This document shows, one piece after another, positions 21,487-31,758 of a stretch of DNA of 64,000 nucleotides. The stretch comes from Candidatus Wolframiiraptor sinensis (GTDB lineage Archaea; Thermoproteota; Nitrososphaeria_A; Caldarchaeales; Wolframiiraptoraceae): contig JALNKA010000001.1 of NCBI GenBank assembly GCA_023261815.1, positions 1 through 64,000 of the forward strand, written 5' to 3'. Each line of letters opens with the position of its first letter. Position 1 is the first letter of the stretch. The translations under genes were made by a program, and so were the position numbers. A model generated the notes under the pieces. The model ran no database searches, was not told the origin of the DNA, and worked only from the letters and a program-made list of their open reading frames with translations.

Positions 21487-23193
21487 ATGAGGTACGTGGT
21501 GGTCGCTGAAAAGCCGAGCGTTGCGAGAAGGATAAGAGAGGCCTTGGGGAGGAGCGATGTAATCGTTACCTCAGTGAGAGGGCATATACTTGACTCCGAG
21601 TTTCCGGAGGGATTCGGTTGGGGAAGATGCGACCCGCTCAAGCTCTTCGACATCCGCGAGTTCAGGGATGAGGTGAGGGATGCCAAGGCGATCAGGGAGC
21701 TCAAGAGGATCTTCAGGCAGGCCGATGTGCTCGTAATAGCGACCGACAACGACTCCGAGGGCGAGTTGATAGGCGCTGAGATACTGAAGATCTGGAGAAG
21801 TGTTAGGGGCGATGCGCCATATAAACGGATGAGATTCAATAGCACGGATCTAGGCGAGCTTCGAAGAGCATGGCGGAGTCTCGAGGATGATCTTAGATGG
21901 AGCTGGGTTATGAAAGCCCTATTCAGGCAGAGGTTCGACCTAATCGCCGGAGCAGCCTTCACCAGGCTACTAACCTCATCTGCTAGGAGATATTATAGGA
22001 ATGTGAGGCTGATAAGCTGGGGAAGCTGCCAGGCGCCGACGCTCTGGTTCATAGTCAAGCGCGAGCTCGAGCGGATGAGCTTCAAGCCCAAGCTCTTCTG
22101 GACGATTAGGGCGACGCTGGAGACTGGTCTTGGGGAGAGGCTCGAGGCCGAGAGCGACAGGTTCTGGGATCGCGCAGAGGCCCAGAGAGCATATGAAAAG
22201 GCATCATCGGCGGGATACGCGGTGGTTGATAAGTTCGATGAGAGGCTTGCCGAGATCTCGAGACCGACTCCGATACGGACGGATGACATGCTCAGAGACT
22301 TGTCGAGGATAACCGGCCAGCCGGCTGCCAAGATACTCCAAGTAGCCGAGAGCCTCTATGCCGAGGGATATATCTCATACCCGCGGACGGATACCAACAA
22401 GTATAGGCCTGAATTCGACTTTGATCAGCCTCTCCGCGCTGCGGCTCAAGGATTGGGCATAAAGCCTCCGCAGGCTCGGCCAAACCCGAGGCAGGGAAGG
22501 CTCGATGATGGCGCTCACACGCCAATCTACCCGATCGCGCCTTACGTCGGATCAGGTCTCGGCCTAGAGATCTGGAGATACATCGCGAGAAGATTTCTCG
22601 CCAACGCATTTTACGCCGACGCCGTGAAGAGGCTGAGATCCGCCGAGCTGAGCATCGCCGGCATAAAGCTAAGATCCTCCGGATCCGAGCTCATTGATCC
22701 GGGCTTCTTCGAGGTGTACAGGTATTTCAAGCCCGAGGACAGCCCAATGCCCGAGCTGGTGGCCGGCGAGAAGCTGAGAATAGTATCATTGAGGCTTCAT
22801 GAGGGTAGGACAAAGCCTCCCGATAGGCTGACGGAGGCCGAGCTCCTAAAGCTGATGGAGGAGCACGGTATAGGGACGGATGCGACGAGAGCGGGCTTCC
22901 CGCAGCTCATCAGGGAAAGGGGATACGCGGTCAAGGAGAAGGGCGCATTTAAGCCAACACCGCTTGGGATGAAGCTGATAGAGGTTCTCGAGTCCATAGA
23001 CCCGAAGCTCGTGACGCCGGAGACCAGGAAGAGGGTTGAGGAGCTGATGAACGGGATCGAGAGGGGCGAGATAACTTATGAGGAGGCCCTCGAGAAGGCG
23101 GCCATCGAGTATAAGGGATTATTCAAGAAGCTCGTTGAGAGGATAGATGAGAAGGCCGCGGAGCTGGCTTCAGCGATAGCATCCCCCTCATGA
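21487..23193 (+). CDS. topA: Type IA DNA topoisomerase (topo III-like, no C-terminal zinc fingers)
   Basis: VAEKPSVA, ATDNDSEGE, GYISYPRTD, GIGTDATR. Confidence 0.95.
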   Translation: MRYVVVAEKPSVARRIREALGRSDVIVTSVRGHILDSEFPEGFGWGRCDPLKLFDIREFRDEVRDAKAIRELKRIFRQADVLVIATDNDSEGELIGAEILKIWRSVRGDAPYKRMRFNSTDLGELRRAWRSLEDDLRWSWVMKALFRQRFDLIAGAAFTRLLTSSARRYYRNVRLISWGSCQAPTLWFIVKRELERMSFKPKLFWTIRATLETGLGERLEAESDRFWDRAEAQRAYEKASSAGYAVVDKFDERLAEISRPTPIRTDDMLRDLSRITGQPAAKILQVAESLYAEGYISYPRTDTNKYRPEFDFDQPLRAAAQGLGIKPPQARPNPRQGRLDDGAHTPIYPIAPYVGSGLGLEIWRYIARRFLANAFYADAVKRLRSAELSIAGIKLRSSGSELIDPGFFEVYRYFKPEDSPMPELVAGEKLRIVSLRLHEGRTKPPDRLTEAELLKLMEEHGIGTDATRAGFPQLIRERGYAVKEKGAFKPTPLGMKLIEVLESIDPKLVTPETRKRVEELMNGIERGEITYEEALEKAAIEYKGLFKKLVERIDEKAAELASAIASPS

Positions 23194-23245
23194 AAGGCGT
23201 GCGGGAAAGAGGATATATCCGCCTCGAGCATCCTGATTCGCCGGA

Positions 23246-24325
23246 ATGTCGGAGCTGGACGAGCTGAGGAGAATGATAGATGAGATTGATGCGGAGATAC
23301 TCCGCCTCATCGCGAGGAGGGTTGAGCTGGCTCGGAGAATAGGAGGGCTAAAATGGGCTAGCGGGTTACCCGTGGCGGATCTCGAGCGCGAGGAGGAGGT
23401 GCTGAAGCGCGGTAGAGAGCTCGCTGACAGCCTTAAAATAGATAGGGAGCTGACGCTAATCGCGCTCAGAGCCCTTATCGGCATATGCAGGAGAGCGCAG
23501 AGCCCTGGAAGAGCATCGTATCTCGGTCCCAGGGGGTCATTTAGTGAGGAAGCTGCTCTCAAGGCTCTATTGAGTAGGGGATTTGAGCCGTATCCTATGC
23601 CGACGATAAGGGATGTATTCAGGGCGGTGGAGTCCGGCGACGCGGAGTATGGCGTGGTACCGGTCGAGAACTCGATCGAGGGCGGCGTGAGGGAGACCCT
23701 AGACCTCCTGCTCGAGACGCCGCTGAGGGTCTGCGGCGAGGTTCAGGTGCGGATAAGCCTGAACCTGATAGCTAGGCCCGGCACAAAGCTCGAGGATGTG
23801 AAGCTGGTCCTAAGCCATCCCACGGCGCTCGCTCAATGCAGGGAGTTCCTTGGCAGGGCTTTGAAGAATGTTAGGATCGAGGATTGCCCGAGCACTGCCG
23901 ATGCTGTGAGAAGGGCTTTGGAGCTCGATGGGGCGGCGGCGATAGCCTCCAAGATGGCGGCCGCTATATACGGTGGCGAGATCCTGGCGAGCGACATACA
24001 GGATGTGAAGGATGATATGACGAGGTTTTTCGTGATCGGGCGGAGGAAGCTAGCGGGCTCGGGCAGGCGGAAGACATCCATAATCTTCAGGCTCCAGCAT
24101 AGGCCCGGGTCGCTCCATGAGGCTCTCTCGATCTTCGCATCGAAGAGGATAAACTTGACGAGGATAGAGTCGAGGCCCGTTAAGGAGAGGCCGTGGGAAT
24201 ATCTCTTCCACGCGGACTTCGAGGGTGATGGGGAGGAGGATGAGGTGTGCATCGAGGCGCTGAAGGAGCTGGGGGAGAAGGCTCTCTTCCTCAAGATCCT
24301 TGGATCATATGAGGAGCTCGGGTGA
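23246..24325 (+). CDS. pheA: Chorismate mutase / prephenate dehydratase with ACT domain
   Basis: LRRMIDEID CM domain; YLGPRGSFS, VPVENSIEG, TRFFVI, NLTRIESRP. Confidence 0.96.
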   Translation: MSELDELRRMIDEIDAEILRLIARRVELARRIGGLKWASGLPVADLEREEEVLKRGRELADSLKIDRELTLIALRALIGICRRAQSPGRASYLGPRGSFSEEAALKALLSRGFEPYPMPTIRDVFRAVESGDAEYGVVPVENSIEGGVRETLDLLLETPLRVCGEVQVRISLNLIARPGTKLEDVKLVLSHPTALAQCREFLGRALKNVRIEDCPSTADAVRRALELDGAAAIASKMAAAIYGGEILASDIQDVKDDMTRFFVIGRRKLAGSGRRKTSIIFRLQHRPGSLHEALSIFASKRINLTRIESRPVKERPWEYLFHADFEGDGEEDEVCIEALKELGEKALFLKILGSYEELG

Positions 24326-25139
24326 GATCTTGGAGAAGCTCGCAGATCTGAGGCTCGCGATAGTTGGAGCTGGCGGGATGGCGAGAGTCCTAGCTAGGAT
24401 ATTCAGGGGTAGGATCTCGGAGATCGCGATAATATCTAGGAGCCCCGAGAAGGCTAGAAGGCTTTCGAGGATGCTGGGGGTAAGCTACTCGACAATGGAG
24501 TCCATCGGAGAATATGATGCCGTTATCTTGACCACGCCATCCCAATATCTTGCCGAGGCTGTTGAGAGGATCGCACCGCACCTCAGGGAGGGCGCGCTGC
24601 TCATGGACATATCATCCGTCAAGCTCGGGGTAGTCGAGAAGGTTCTGAGCCTCATTCCGAGCGGCGTGGATTATCTGAGCATTCACCCGCTCTTCGGGCC
24701 GGCGGCCAGGAAGCTCGCGGGCAACCGTGTGATACTTATACCCGTGAGAGGCTCATCCCGCATCGAGACCATTAAGATGATATTCGAGGATGCCGGACTG
24801 AGGGTCGTATTCTCGACGCCGGAGAAGCACGATGAGATCATGGCATACGTGCAGGTCGCCCATCACCTCTCATATCTCGCTCTAGCCCTCACGCTTTACG
24901 GCGCCGGGCCCGATATCTTGGAAGACTATGCGACTAGGTCTCTTAGAAAAACCATGAGCATGCTAAAGATGCTCCATGGAAACCTGAGAGTGATAAGGGA
25001 GATAGCGGAGTCGAATCGCTATGCCGGGAGGGCTGCCGAGGCGCTGAAAACATCGATAGACGAGCTCGCTCGAGGTGGAGACGATGTTTGGCGCAGGGTC
25101 GAGGAGGCGCTGAGAATCCTGCCAGCGAAGGCGACTTAA
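24300..25139 (+). CDS. tyrA: Prephenate/arogenate dehydrogenase
   Basis: IVGAGGM, DISSVK, HPLFGP, HDEIMAYVQ. Confidence 0.9.
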   Translation: MDHMRSSGEILEKLADLRLAIVGAGGMARVLARIFRGRISEIAIISRSPEKARRLSRMLGVSYSTMESIGEYDAVILTTPSQYLAEAVERIAPHLREGALLMDISSVKLGVVEKVLSLIPSGVDYLSIHPLFGPAARKLAGNRVILIPVRGSSRIETIKMIFEDAGLRVVFSTPEKHDEIMAYVQVAHHLSYLALALTLYGAGPDILEDYATRSLRKTMSMLKMLHGNLRVIREIAESNRYAGRAAEALKTSIDELARGGDDVWRRVEEALRILPAKAT

Positions 25140-26245
25140 TTTCTCTGCCTCGTAAGGACGGGTGGAATTAATCCTGCTCGCATCGCGTGATCCGCCAATA
25201 CTATCGCCATCATGGCCTCCACCACCACGACGGCTCTGGGAACTATGCATGGATCATGCCTACCCCGAATCCTCAGCCTCGCCTCCTTGAGATCCCTGAG
25301 ATCAACGGTCTTCTGCTCGAGCGCTATCGAGCTCGGCGGCTTGAAGGCGACCCTGATAACTATGGGCATCCCGGTCGAGATCCCGCCGATAACGCCGCCA
25401 GCATCATTCTTCTCCGAGATTATTCTCCCATCCCTGATGATCAGCGGATCGTTGTGCTGTGAGCCGGTCATCCTAGCGGCCGCGAAGCCCGCCCCGAACT
25501 CAACCCCCCTGGCGCCGGGAATAGCCATCATCGCCTTCGCTAAGTCGGCGTCAAGCGCGTCGAATACGGGCTCCCCGAGGCCTATCGGGACATTCACCGC
25601 GATGCACTCCACCACTCCGCCAACGCTATCTCCCCTCTCCCTAGCTTCCATTATCCTCTCCCTCATCCTCTCAGCGGCCTCCGGAGTCGGAGCCCTGACA
25701 TCATTCCCGTACCTGTTTCTCTCAGCATCATCTAGAGTAAAGTCTTCAGCTCTCACGCCGCCGATCTCGAGCGAGTAGCCGATGATCTTGATCCCGAGCG
25801 CTTCTCGCAGAAGCTTCTTCGCGACCGCTCCCGCCATGACGAATCCCGCCGTTATTCTTCCGGAAAACCTCCCGCCGCCGCGATAATCGTTGAACCCCCC
25901 ATACTTGACGTGGGCGTAGTAATCGGCGTGGCCCGGTCTCGGCATATACCTGATCTCAGCGTAATCCTCGCTCCTCACATCCTTATTCCAGGCGAGCATG
26001 CATATCGGTGCGCCGGTCGTATATCCCTCGAAGACGCCCGAGAGTATCTCGACCACATCCTCCTCCCTCCTCTCAGTCGAGATGATCGCGTTCGAGGGCC
26101 TACGGAGATCGAGCTCGCGCTGAATATCCTCTTCCCGGAGGCTTAGCCCGGCGGGGCAGCCATCCACCACGGCTCCGACGCATCTTCCATGGCTCTCGCC
26201 GAAGCTCAAGACCATGAATCTCTCGCCGATGATATTGCCCCTCAG
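25136..26245 (-). CDS. aroC: Chorismate synthase (probable CTG start)
   Basis: GNIIG..FGESHG, RPGHAD, GGGRFSGR, FKPPSSI, GRHDPCI; CTG at 26245 overlaps the aroA stop. Confidence 0.96.
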   Translation of the reverse strand: MRGNIIGERFMVLSFGESHGRCVGAVVDGCPAGLSLREEDIQRELDLRRPSNAIISTERREEDVVEILSGVFEGYTTGAPICMLAWNKDVRSEDYAEIRYMPRPGHADYYAHVKYGGFNDYRGGGRFSGRITAGFVMAGAVAKKLLREALGIKIIGYSLEIGGVRAEDFTLDDAERNRYGNDVRAPTPEAAERMRERIMEARERGDSVGGVVECIAVNVPIGLGEPVFDALDADLAKAMMAIPGARGVEFGAGFAAARMTGSQHNDPLIIRDGRIISEKNDAGGVIGGISTGMPIVIRVAFKPPSSIALEQKTVDLRDLKEARLRIRGRHDPCIVPRAVVVVEAMMAIVLADHAMRAGLIPPVLTRQRN

Positions 26246-27534
26246 CCTTTCATCACCTCCGCATTCAGCCCTAGGCTCCTCGCGTGCTCGAGGAACTGCG
26301 GGTAAGATACCTCGGCGACCTCCGGGTCCATTATTGCGCATCCTTTTTCCGTGGAGGCAGCGAGCATCGCCAGCGCCATGAATATCCTGTGATCGCCGTG
26401 GGGGTCGAGAATGCATCCGCCCTCAATCCTGCTCCTACCGCGGATTCTCAGGCCATCTGGAAGCGGCTCCACATCGACGCCGAGCTTGGCGAGCTCGCGG
26501 GCCATAACAGTGATCCTATCGCTCTCCTTGAACCTTGCATGCGCCACGCCCTTCAAAACCACCTCCTCGGAGCACTTGGCGCCCATGCAGGCCATTACCG
26601 GGAGGAGATCCGGCGAGTCCCTCAAATCGAATTCTCCGCCGCATATTCCTCCGCCATCAACTCTGACCGCGTCCTCCGAGATCTCGACGCGGCATCCAAG
26701 CTCTCTCAGGAAGGCGATTATCGCGGCATCAGCCTGAGGCAAATCCAGGCTCAGATTCCTCACGATTATGCTTCCGCCGGTCAAGCATGCTCCGGCCATG
26801 AGGAAGGCTGCTGAGCCGAAGTCTCCCGGAACCTTGAACTCGCATGGCCTGCCGCGCTGCCCCCCCTCGACCTCGAAAAGGCGATAATCCTCCCGCTCAA
26901 CCCTAAACCCGAACCTCGCGAGAACCTCTAGGCTCGCGTCAATATATGGCCTCGACACGGGCTCGCCCTCAACCATTATCCTCGCGCCCCTCCTAGATCT
27001 CGTAGATGCGTAGATTAAGGCTGAGATGAACTGGGATGAGACCTCGCCCATTATCCTCGCCTCGCCTCCCTCCATCCCGCCGCCCCTAACTATAATCGGA
27101 GCCGTTCCATCGAGCTTGCTCGACCAGCACTCGACGCCGAGCATCCTAAGCGCCCTCAAAAGAGGCTCCATAGGCCTCCTTCTAATCGAGTCGTCTCCCG
27201 TCAGTATCGTGTAGCCCGCGGGAGCATGGGCCGAGATCGCCGTGAAAAGCCGGAGAGTCGTCCCGGAGTTCTCGACATCGATGACGTTATCCGGGGTCCT
27301 GAATGCTCCGCCCTTGACCGAGACCTGGCCTTCACGTTCCTCGATCTCCGCGCCTAGGAGAATGCAGGCCCTCTTAGTCGCGTTCGTGTCGCGGGACTCG
27401 AGGGGGTTGATTATCCTGCTCGCGCCATCTGAGAGGAGGGCGGCCGCGTAGGCCCTATGAGTATATGGCTTGCTCGGAGGGGCCTCGACCTCGCCTCTAA
27501 GCATCGATGGCCTCACAAGAATAATTCTGCTCAT
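26242..27534 (-). CDS. aroA: EPSP synthase
   Basis: PPSKPYTHRA, NSGTTLR, SSQFISAL, KESDRI, DHRI, SYPQF. Confidence 0.97.
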   Translation of the reverse strand: MSRIILVRPSMLRGEVEAPPSKPYTHRAYAAALLSDGASRIINPLESRDTNATKRACILLGAEIEEREGQVSVKGGAFRTPDNVIDVENSGTTLRLFTAISAHAPAGYTILTGDDSIRRRPMEPLLRALRMLGVECWSSKLDGTAPIIVRGGGMEGGEARIMGEVSSQFISALIYASTRSRRGARIMVEGEPVSRPYIDASLEVLARFGFRVEREDYRLFEVEGGQRGRPCEFKVPGDFGSAAFLMAGACLTGGSIIVRNLSLDLPQADAAIIAFLRELGCRVEISEDAVRVDGGGICGGEFDLRDSPDLLPVMACMGAKCSEEVVLKGVAHARFKESDRITVMARELAKLGVDVEPLPDGLRIRGRSRIEGGCILDPHGDHRIFMALAMLAASTEKGCAIMDPEVAEVSYPQFLEHARSLGLNAEVMKG

Positions 27535-28394
27535 TCGAGCGCCTCCCAGCCCGCCTCAGAATTATTAACCCCGCATACAAGAATATCCCCATAATCCCTC
27601 AAAGCATTTCGAACGCTCTCGGCTCTCCCTGGCCTAGTGATCGCGGCGATCGCGGGTCCGGTTCCGGATACCCCGGCAGCGAGGGCTCCAGCTCTAACAG
27701 CATCGAGGATCGGCGATGGATCAAGATCTAGGGCGGAAGCTATTGCCAGCCCATTCACGATCATCGCGTCCCAGAATTTTTCCTGAAGCGCGAGCTTGGC
27801 CGCCTTGAGGCAGACATCCTTGACAGCGCGGAGTTTCTCAACATCCACGGACCCGGTGTAGATCTTCCTCTCCGGCACAGCGATTAACACCATCACATCC
27901 TCCGGGGCCATCTTTCTCAGTAGAACTTTCTTGGAGGCGTTATCCGTGATATTTATCCCGCCGAAAAAGCATGTGTAAGCATCATCATATGCGCCCGTGA
28001 TCGTTACGCCGGCCCTGATCGAGGCCTCGACGGCGAGCCGCACAACTTCATCGCCATCGCAATCCAATCCAAGAAGCCTCGCGACCGCCAGGGCCACGGC
28101 ATCCGACGCGGCGCTCGAGCTCTTAAGCCCCCGGCCTATCGGAATATTTGACCTAGTCCTTACCCGGAGGCCGATATCGCTTCTTCCAGCTTTCTGGAGA
28201 ACTGTTCTCGCGGTCTCTATTACCAGCCTTGGATCCTCCCCGCCCGGTATCTCCGCCTCAATTCTCCCGGGCTCATCACTGATCAGCGCCTCGGCCTCGG
28301 TCCATAGATCTACTCCGATAGCACCGCCGATCCATGTTGGGATGGCATTCAGGATGCTCACCGCGCCGTGAACTATGGCTCTAGCGCCCCTCAT
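27531..28394 (-). CDS. aroK: Archaeal GHMP-family shikimate kinase
   Basis: IPIGRGLKSSSA, TITGAYDDA, GVSGTGP. Confidence 0.96.
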   Translation of the reverse strand: MRGARAIVHGAVSILNAIPTWIGGAIGVDLWTEAEALISDEPGRIEAEIPGGEDPRLVIETARTVLQKAGRSDIGLRVRTRSNIPIGRGLKSSSAASDAVALAVARLLGLDCDGDEVVRLAVEASIRAGVTITGAYDDAYTCFFGGINITDNASKKVLLRKMAPEDVMVLIAVPERKIYTGSVDVEKLRAVKDVCLKAAKLALQEKFWDAMIVNGLAIASALDLDPSPILDAVRAGALAAGVSGTGPAIAAITRPGRAESVRNALRDYGDILVCGVNNSEAGWEALE

Positions 28395-29244
28395 CCTCCA
28401 CGTATCCCTCCAGCGCCTCGATAGCCGCCCTCCTCATCACCTCGATCGGCGGATCTACTCCGGTCCATAGCCTGAACGCCTCAGCCCCCTGATAAACTAG
28501 GACATCAACCCCGGATACGATAATCGCTCCAGCTCTCTCCGCCTCTTCGAGAAGCCTAGTCTTAGGGGGATTATACACGAGGTCCAAGACTATCGTGCCC
28601 CTGCGCATCTCCTCCGATGTAAGCGGCGTGGCGCCCGTATCTGGATGCATGCCAATTGACGTCGCGTTTATTATGATGCCGCATTCAACTGCCTTACACC
28701 TACCCTCCTCGAGACTTATAGCATCCGCCGATACCCCGAGCGGGCGAGCCCAATCCGCCAAGGCCATGCCCCTCTCGAGAGTCCTATTCGCTATCAGGAT
28801 TCTCCTGAAACCCAGGTCCATGAGCGCGGCAACCGCGGCTCTAGCCGCACCTCCGGCGCCGATCACGAGAGCAGGCTTATTGATGGGGAGTTCCCGGCCC
28901 CCCAACGCCCGCCTAATACCATAAACGTCCGTGTTGTAACCCCTTAGAAGGCCGCGATCATTAACGACGGTATTGACGGCGCCCGCCCTCTCAGCCGAAT
29001 GATCAAGCTCATCGAGCAGTTTCATGACAGCAACCTTGTGGGGTATCGTAACATTGAAGCCCGCGGCGCCGAGAGCCCTAAGCCCCGAAACAGCTTCATC
29101 AAGCTTCTCCGGAGGGACATCGAACGCGACGTAGACGTAGTTTAGGCCCAGGGCTCTGAAAGCGGCATTATGCATCTGCGGCGAGACAGAGTGTCCGATC
29201 GGGTGGCCTATGAGGCAGCAGAGCCTAGTCAAGGCGTTGATCAA
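28381..29244 (-). CDS. aroE: Shikimate dehydrogenase
   Basis: IGHPIGHSVSPQMHN, NVTIPHK, GAVNT, NTD, GAGGAARA; TTG start overlaps the aroD stop. Confidence 0.97.
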   Translation of the reverse strand: MINALTRLCCLIGHPIGHSVSPQMHNAAFRALGLNYVYVAFDVPPEKLDEAVSGLRALGAAGFNVTIPHKVAVMKLLDELDHSAERAGAVNTVVNDRGLLRGYNTDVYGIRRALGGRELPINKPALVIGAGGAARAAVAALMDLGFRRILIANRTLERGMALADWARPLGVSADAISLEEGRCKAVECGIIINATSIGMHPDTGATPLTSEEMRRGTIVLDLVYNPPKTRLLEEAERAGAIIVSGVDVLVYQGAEAFRLWTGVDPPIEVMRRAAIEALEGYVEDEGR

Positions 29245-29936
29245 CGCGGCATCACCAGATCTAAGATCCGCTTGAAGTGCGTAATGTTCAGCTGGCCCGG
29301 AGCAACCTCCTCCCCGGGAAGGCACGCGTAGGCTATCGGCGATCCCAGCATCGGCGCGAGTATTCTCGTAACCGCGCCAGCCTCACCCATGGCAAACGCT
29401 ATTAGCCTTTCGGCGGGCAGATCTCCTCTCCGATAAAGCCCGAGTATCCTGAGATTATCATCTATGCTTCGCGACGTTGGCACGATCTTCACCAGATCGC
29501 CGTATCTCAGGGATTCGAGAGCTCTCGAGGTGAGCTCATCCTCGCTTGGAGTTCCGGAGAAATCGTGAGATGATATTATCAGCTTTGAGCGCCTCCTGAG
29601 CTCGGCGGAGACTTCCACGATGCTCCCGGTTCTGAGCTCGAGATCCACGTATGCGGGCCTCGACTCGGATAACCTTCTCAGGATCTCGATCCTGCGCTGC
29701 TCGCCTCCTCCATATCTGCCCCCCTCCCAACTGGGCCTAAGAGTTATAACGATCCTGTCGGCGAAGCTCGAGATGAGATCCTCTAGGCGGCTCGCATTAA
29801 GCTCGCGCAGGAAGTCGAGCCTAAGCTCGACCAAATCTCCCCCTAGGCTAAGCGCCCGCTCAATCTTTTCCTCGAGCTCAGCCTCATCCCTACCCATTAC
29901 GCTGACGCATATCAGCGGCTTCAATGACCCCGTCAC
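29241..29936 (-). CDS. aroD: Type I 3-dehydroquinate dehydratase
   Basis: VELRLD, TLRPSWEGG, SSHDF, MGEAG, APGQ. Confidence 0.96.
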   Translation of the reverse strand: MTGSLKPLICVSVMGRDEAELEEKIERALSLGGDLVELRLDFLRELNASRLEDLISSFADRIVITLRPSWEGGRYGGGEQRRIEILRRLSESRPAYVDLELRTGSIVEVSAELRRRSKLIISSHDFSGTPSEDELTSRALESLRYGDLVKIVPTSRSIDDNLRILGLYRRGDLPAERLIAFAMGEAGAVTRILAPMLGSPIAYACLPGEEVAPGQLNITHFKRILDLVMPR

Positions 29937-30967
29937 CTCTCGATTATGAACTCGTCCACGGCTCTCCCAAAGTGCCTTGCCCTAGCCCTGGGCACGTGCG
30001 CGAGGATCCTATCACCCGGCTTGATCTCGGTCACCGAGATCGGCGCCTCATCGGGAGAGAGAAGAGCTATGGTCTCCGCGTTCTGGACTATCACGGAGCC
30101 CTCGATATCATTAAGCCTGATCCTCACGAGGCGTAATGGCCTCCTCTCTATCTTCACCCTGCCTATCGACGCGATCCTAACGCCCCTCTTCGAGACTACT
30201 AGGACCCTGTCGCCGGCCCTCAGCTCCGAGAGGTATCTCGTGGAGCCGTCGGGCGCGAGAGTGTATGAGTGGATAGCGCCTGCATTAACCCTGAAAGGCC
30301 TCGGCGCGGTGAGAGCAGACCCGAGGCTCTCATTATGGATGAGGGTGAGCAGGCTCGATGTGCTTCCAACAAGCATTCCCTCGCCGACGCTGAGAATCGA
30401 CGTCGTGTCTATGCAGGCTCTCTCGCCAAGCCCGATGTCCCTCACCTCGACTACCTCAGCTTCATCGAGCTCGAGCCTGCTGGGAGCCGAGACCTGATCT
30501 ATGACTAGGTCGACCTCATCCGGGCTGCTGACCGCGACGAGGAGGCCATCAACGCCCTTCTCCAAGATTCCTGAGAGCGTTTCGACCTCATGGGGCGATG
30601 CAGCGGCTATGATCCTCGTTCCATATGGCGCTAGGTCGGCTATCAGGTTCTCGAGCGCTATTATCTTCAAGTCCTCAGCCCTCACTATGATGCTTCTCAC
30701 ACCCATCCTCGCCGCGGCGATCATCCTCTCATAGTCCTCCGGCCCCCTCAGCACCATCTCCGGAATCGTTTTCTCAGAGATGCTCGATGGATCCCTGACG
30801 ATCCTCCAGTCCGCAGACTCAGACTCGTGATAAATCTCGATCTTGCCTCGAAGCTTCTCCGGGAGCTTCTCGGGATCGATGTAGAACGCTCTAATGCCCC
30901 TCGCGACCGCCCTCTCGAGTATCCTCTCATCCGGCTTGATCGGCGCGATGATTATCTCCTTCCTCAT
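29933..30967 (-). CDS. aroB': 3-dehydroquinate synthase II (archaeal AroB')
   Basis: IIALENLIA, ACIDT, RPFRVNAGAIHSY, GRVKIERRPL, QNAETI, RHFG. Confidence 0.95.
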   Translation of the reverse strand: MRKEIIIAPIKPDERILERAVARGIRAFYIDPEKLPEKLRGKIEIYHESESADWRIVRDPSSISEKTIPEMVLRGPEDYERMIAAARMGVRSIIVRAEDLKIIALENLIADLAPYGTRIIAAASPHEVETLSGILEKGVDGLLVAVSSPDEVDLVIDQVSAPSRLELDEAEVVEVRDIGLGERACIDTTSILSVGEGMLVGSTSSLLTLIHNESLGSALTAPRPFRVNAGAIHSYTLAPDGSTRYLSELRAGDRVLVVSKRGVRIASIGRVKIERRPLRLVRIRLNDIEGSVIVQNAETIALLSPDEAPISVTEIKPGDRILAHVPRARARHFGRAVDEFIIER

Positions 30968-31758
30968 CGATTCTCCCTCAATATCCTCATCGCTTCCTCG
31001 ATGCTTCTGCCCTCGATCACGACGGCTCTAAGAGCTCTCGCGATCGCATCGGGCTTCTCATGCTGGAAGACGTTTCTCCCAAATGTGACACCAGCCCCGC
31101 CGGCCTCCACAACTGCCTTCGCGAGCTCCAAGACCTTCCGATCATCATCCATCTTCGGCCCTCCCGCGGCGACAACCGGAACCGGACAGCTCTCTGTTAT
31201 CACCCGTATATCATCTGGGTTGAAGGATGGCATCGGGACCTTTACTATGTCTGCGCCGAGCTCCGCGCCAACCCTCGCGACATGAGCAATAACCTGCGGG
31301 TCATTCGGGTCCTTGATGTTCTCGCCGCGCGGATACATCATCGCTATCAATGGAACTCCCCACGCATCGCACTCATCAGCTATCGCGCCGAGCTTCCTTA
31401 ACATATCCTGCTCATCCTTGTTCCCGATGTTTATGTGGACGGAGACGGCGTCGGCTCCAAGCCTTATGGCCTCCTCGACCGAGGCAACCCAGACCTTCCA
31501 GTTCGGCGAAGTGGAGAGGCTGGTGCTGGCCGAGGCATGCATTATCAGCCCTGTTCTCGGAGGCTTATCCAAGCTCTTGATGATCCCCTTATGAACCAGT
31601 ATGGCCGTCACGCCAGCGGACTCCAGCCTCATTATCGTCTCCCGTATCCTGTCAATGCCCTTCATCGGCCCGGAGCTAACCCCATGATCCATCGGCACGC
31701 ACAGCATTCTACCGGACTCCATCATCCTGCTCAACCTAACCTGCTTACCCCAAACCAT
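30964..31758 (-). CDS. aroA': 2-amino-3,7-dideoxy-D-threo-hept-6-ulosonate synthase (AroA', class I aldolase family)
   Basis: VPMDHG, HKG, GADAVSVH, MMYPRG, ELGADIVK, AGGPK, GRNVFQH; GGAGGTGA SD before ATG31758. Confidence 0.93.
   Translation of the reverse strand: MVWGKQVRLSRMMESGRMLCVPMDHGVSSGPMKGIDRIRETIMRLESAGVTAILVHKGIIKSLDKPPRTGLIMHASASTSLSTSPNWKVWVASVEEAIRLGADAVSVHINIGNKDEQDMLRKLGAIADECDAWGVPLIAMMYPRGENIKDPNDPQVIAHVARVGAELGADIVKVPMPSFNPDDIRVITESCPVPVVAAGGPKMDDDRKVLELAKAVVEAGGAGVTFGRNVFQHEKPDAIARALRAVVIEGRSIEEAMRILRENR

Noticed and set aside
23194-23245. Phe/Tyr leader peptide before pheA
   Set aside because: A 52-bp gap with no uORF or aromatic codon cluster.
26246-26416. N-terminal extension of the 426-aa aroC ORF (likewise extensions of aroE, nop5, udg and the 44945 and 3782 genes)
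   Set aside because: These extensions overlap the upstream gene or promoter DNA and lack family similarity; they are longest-ORF artifacts.
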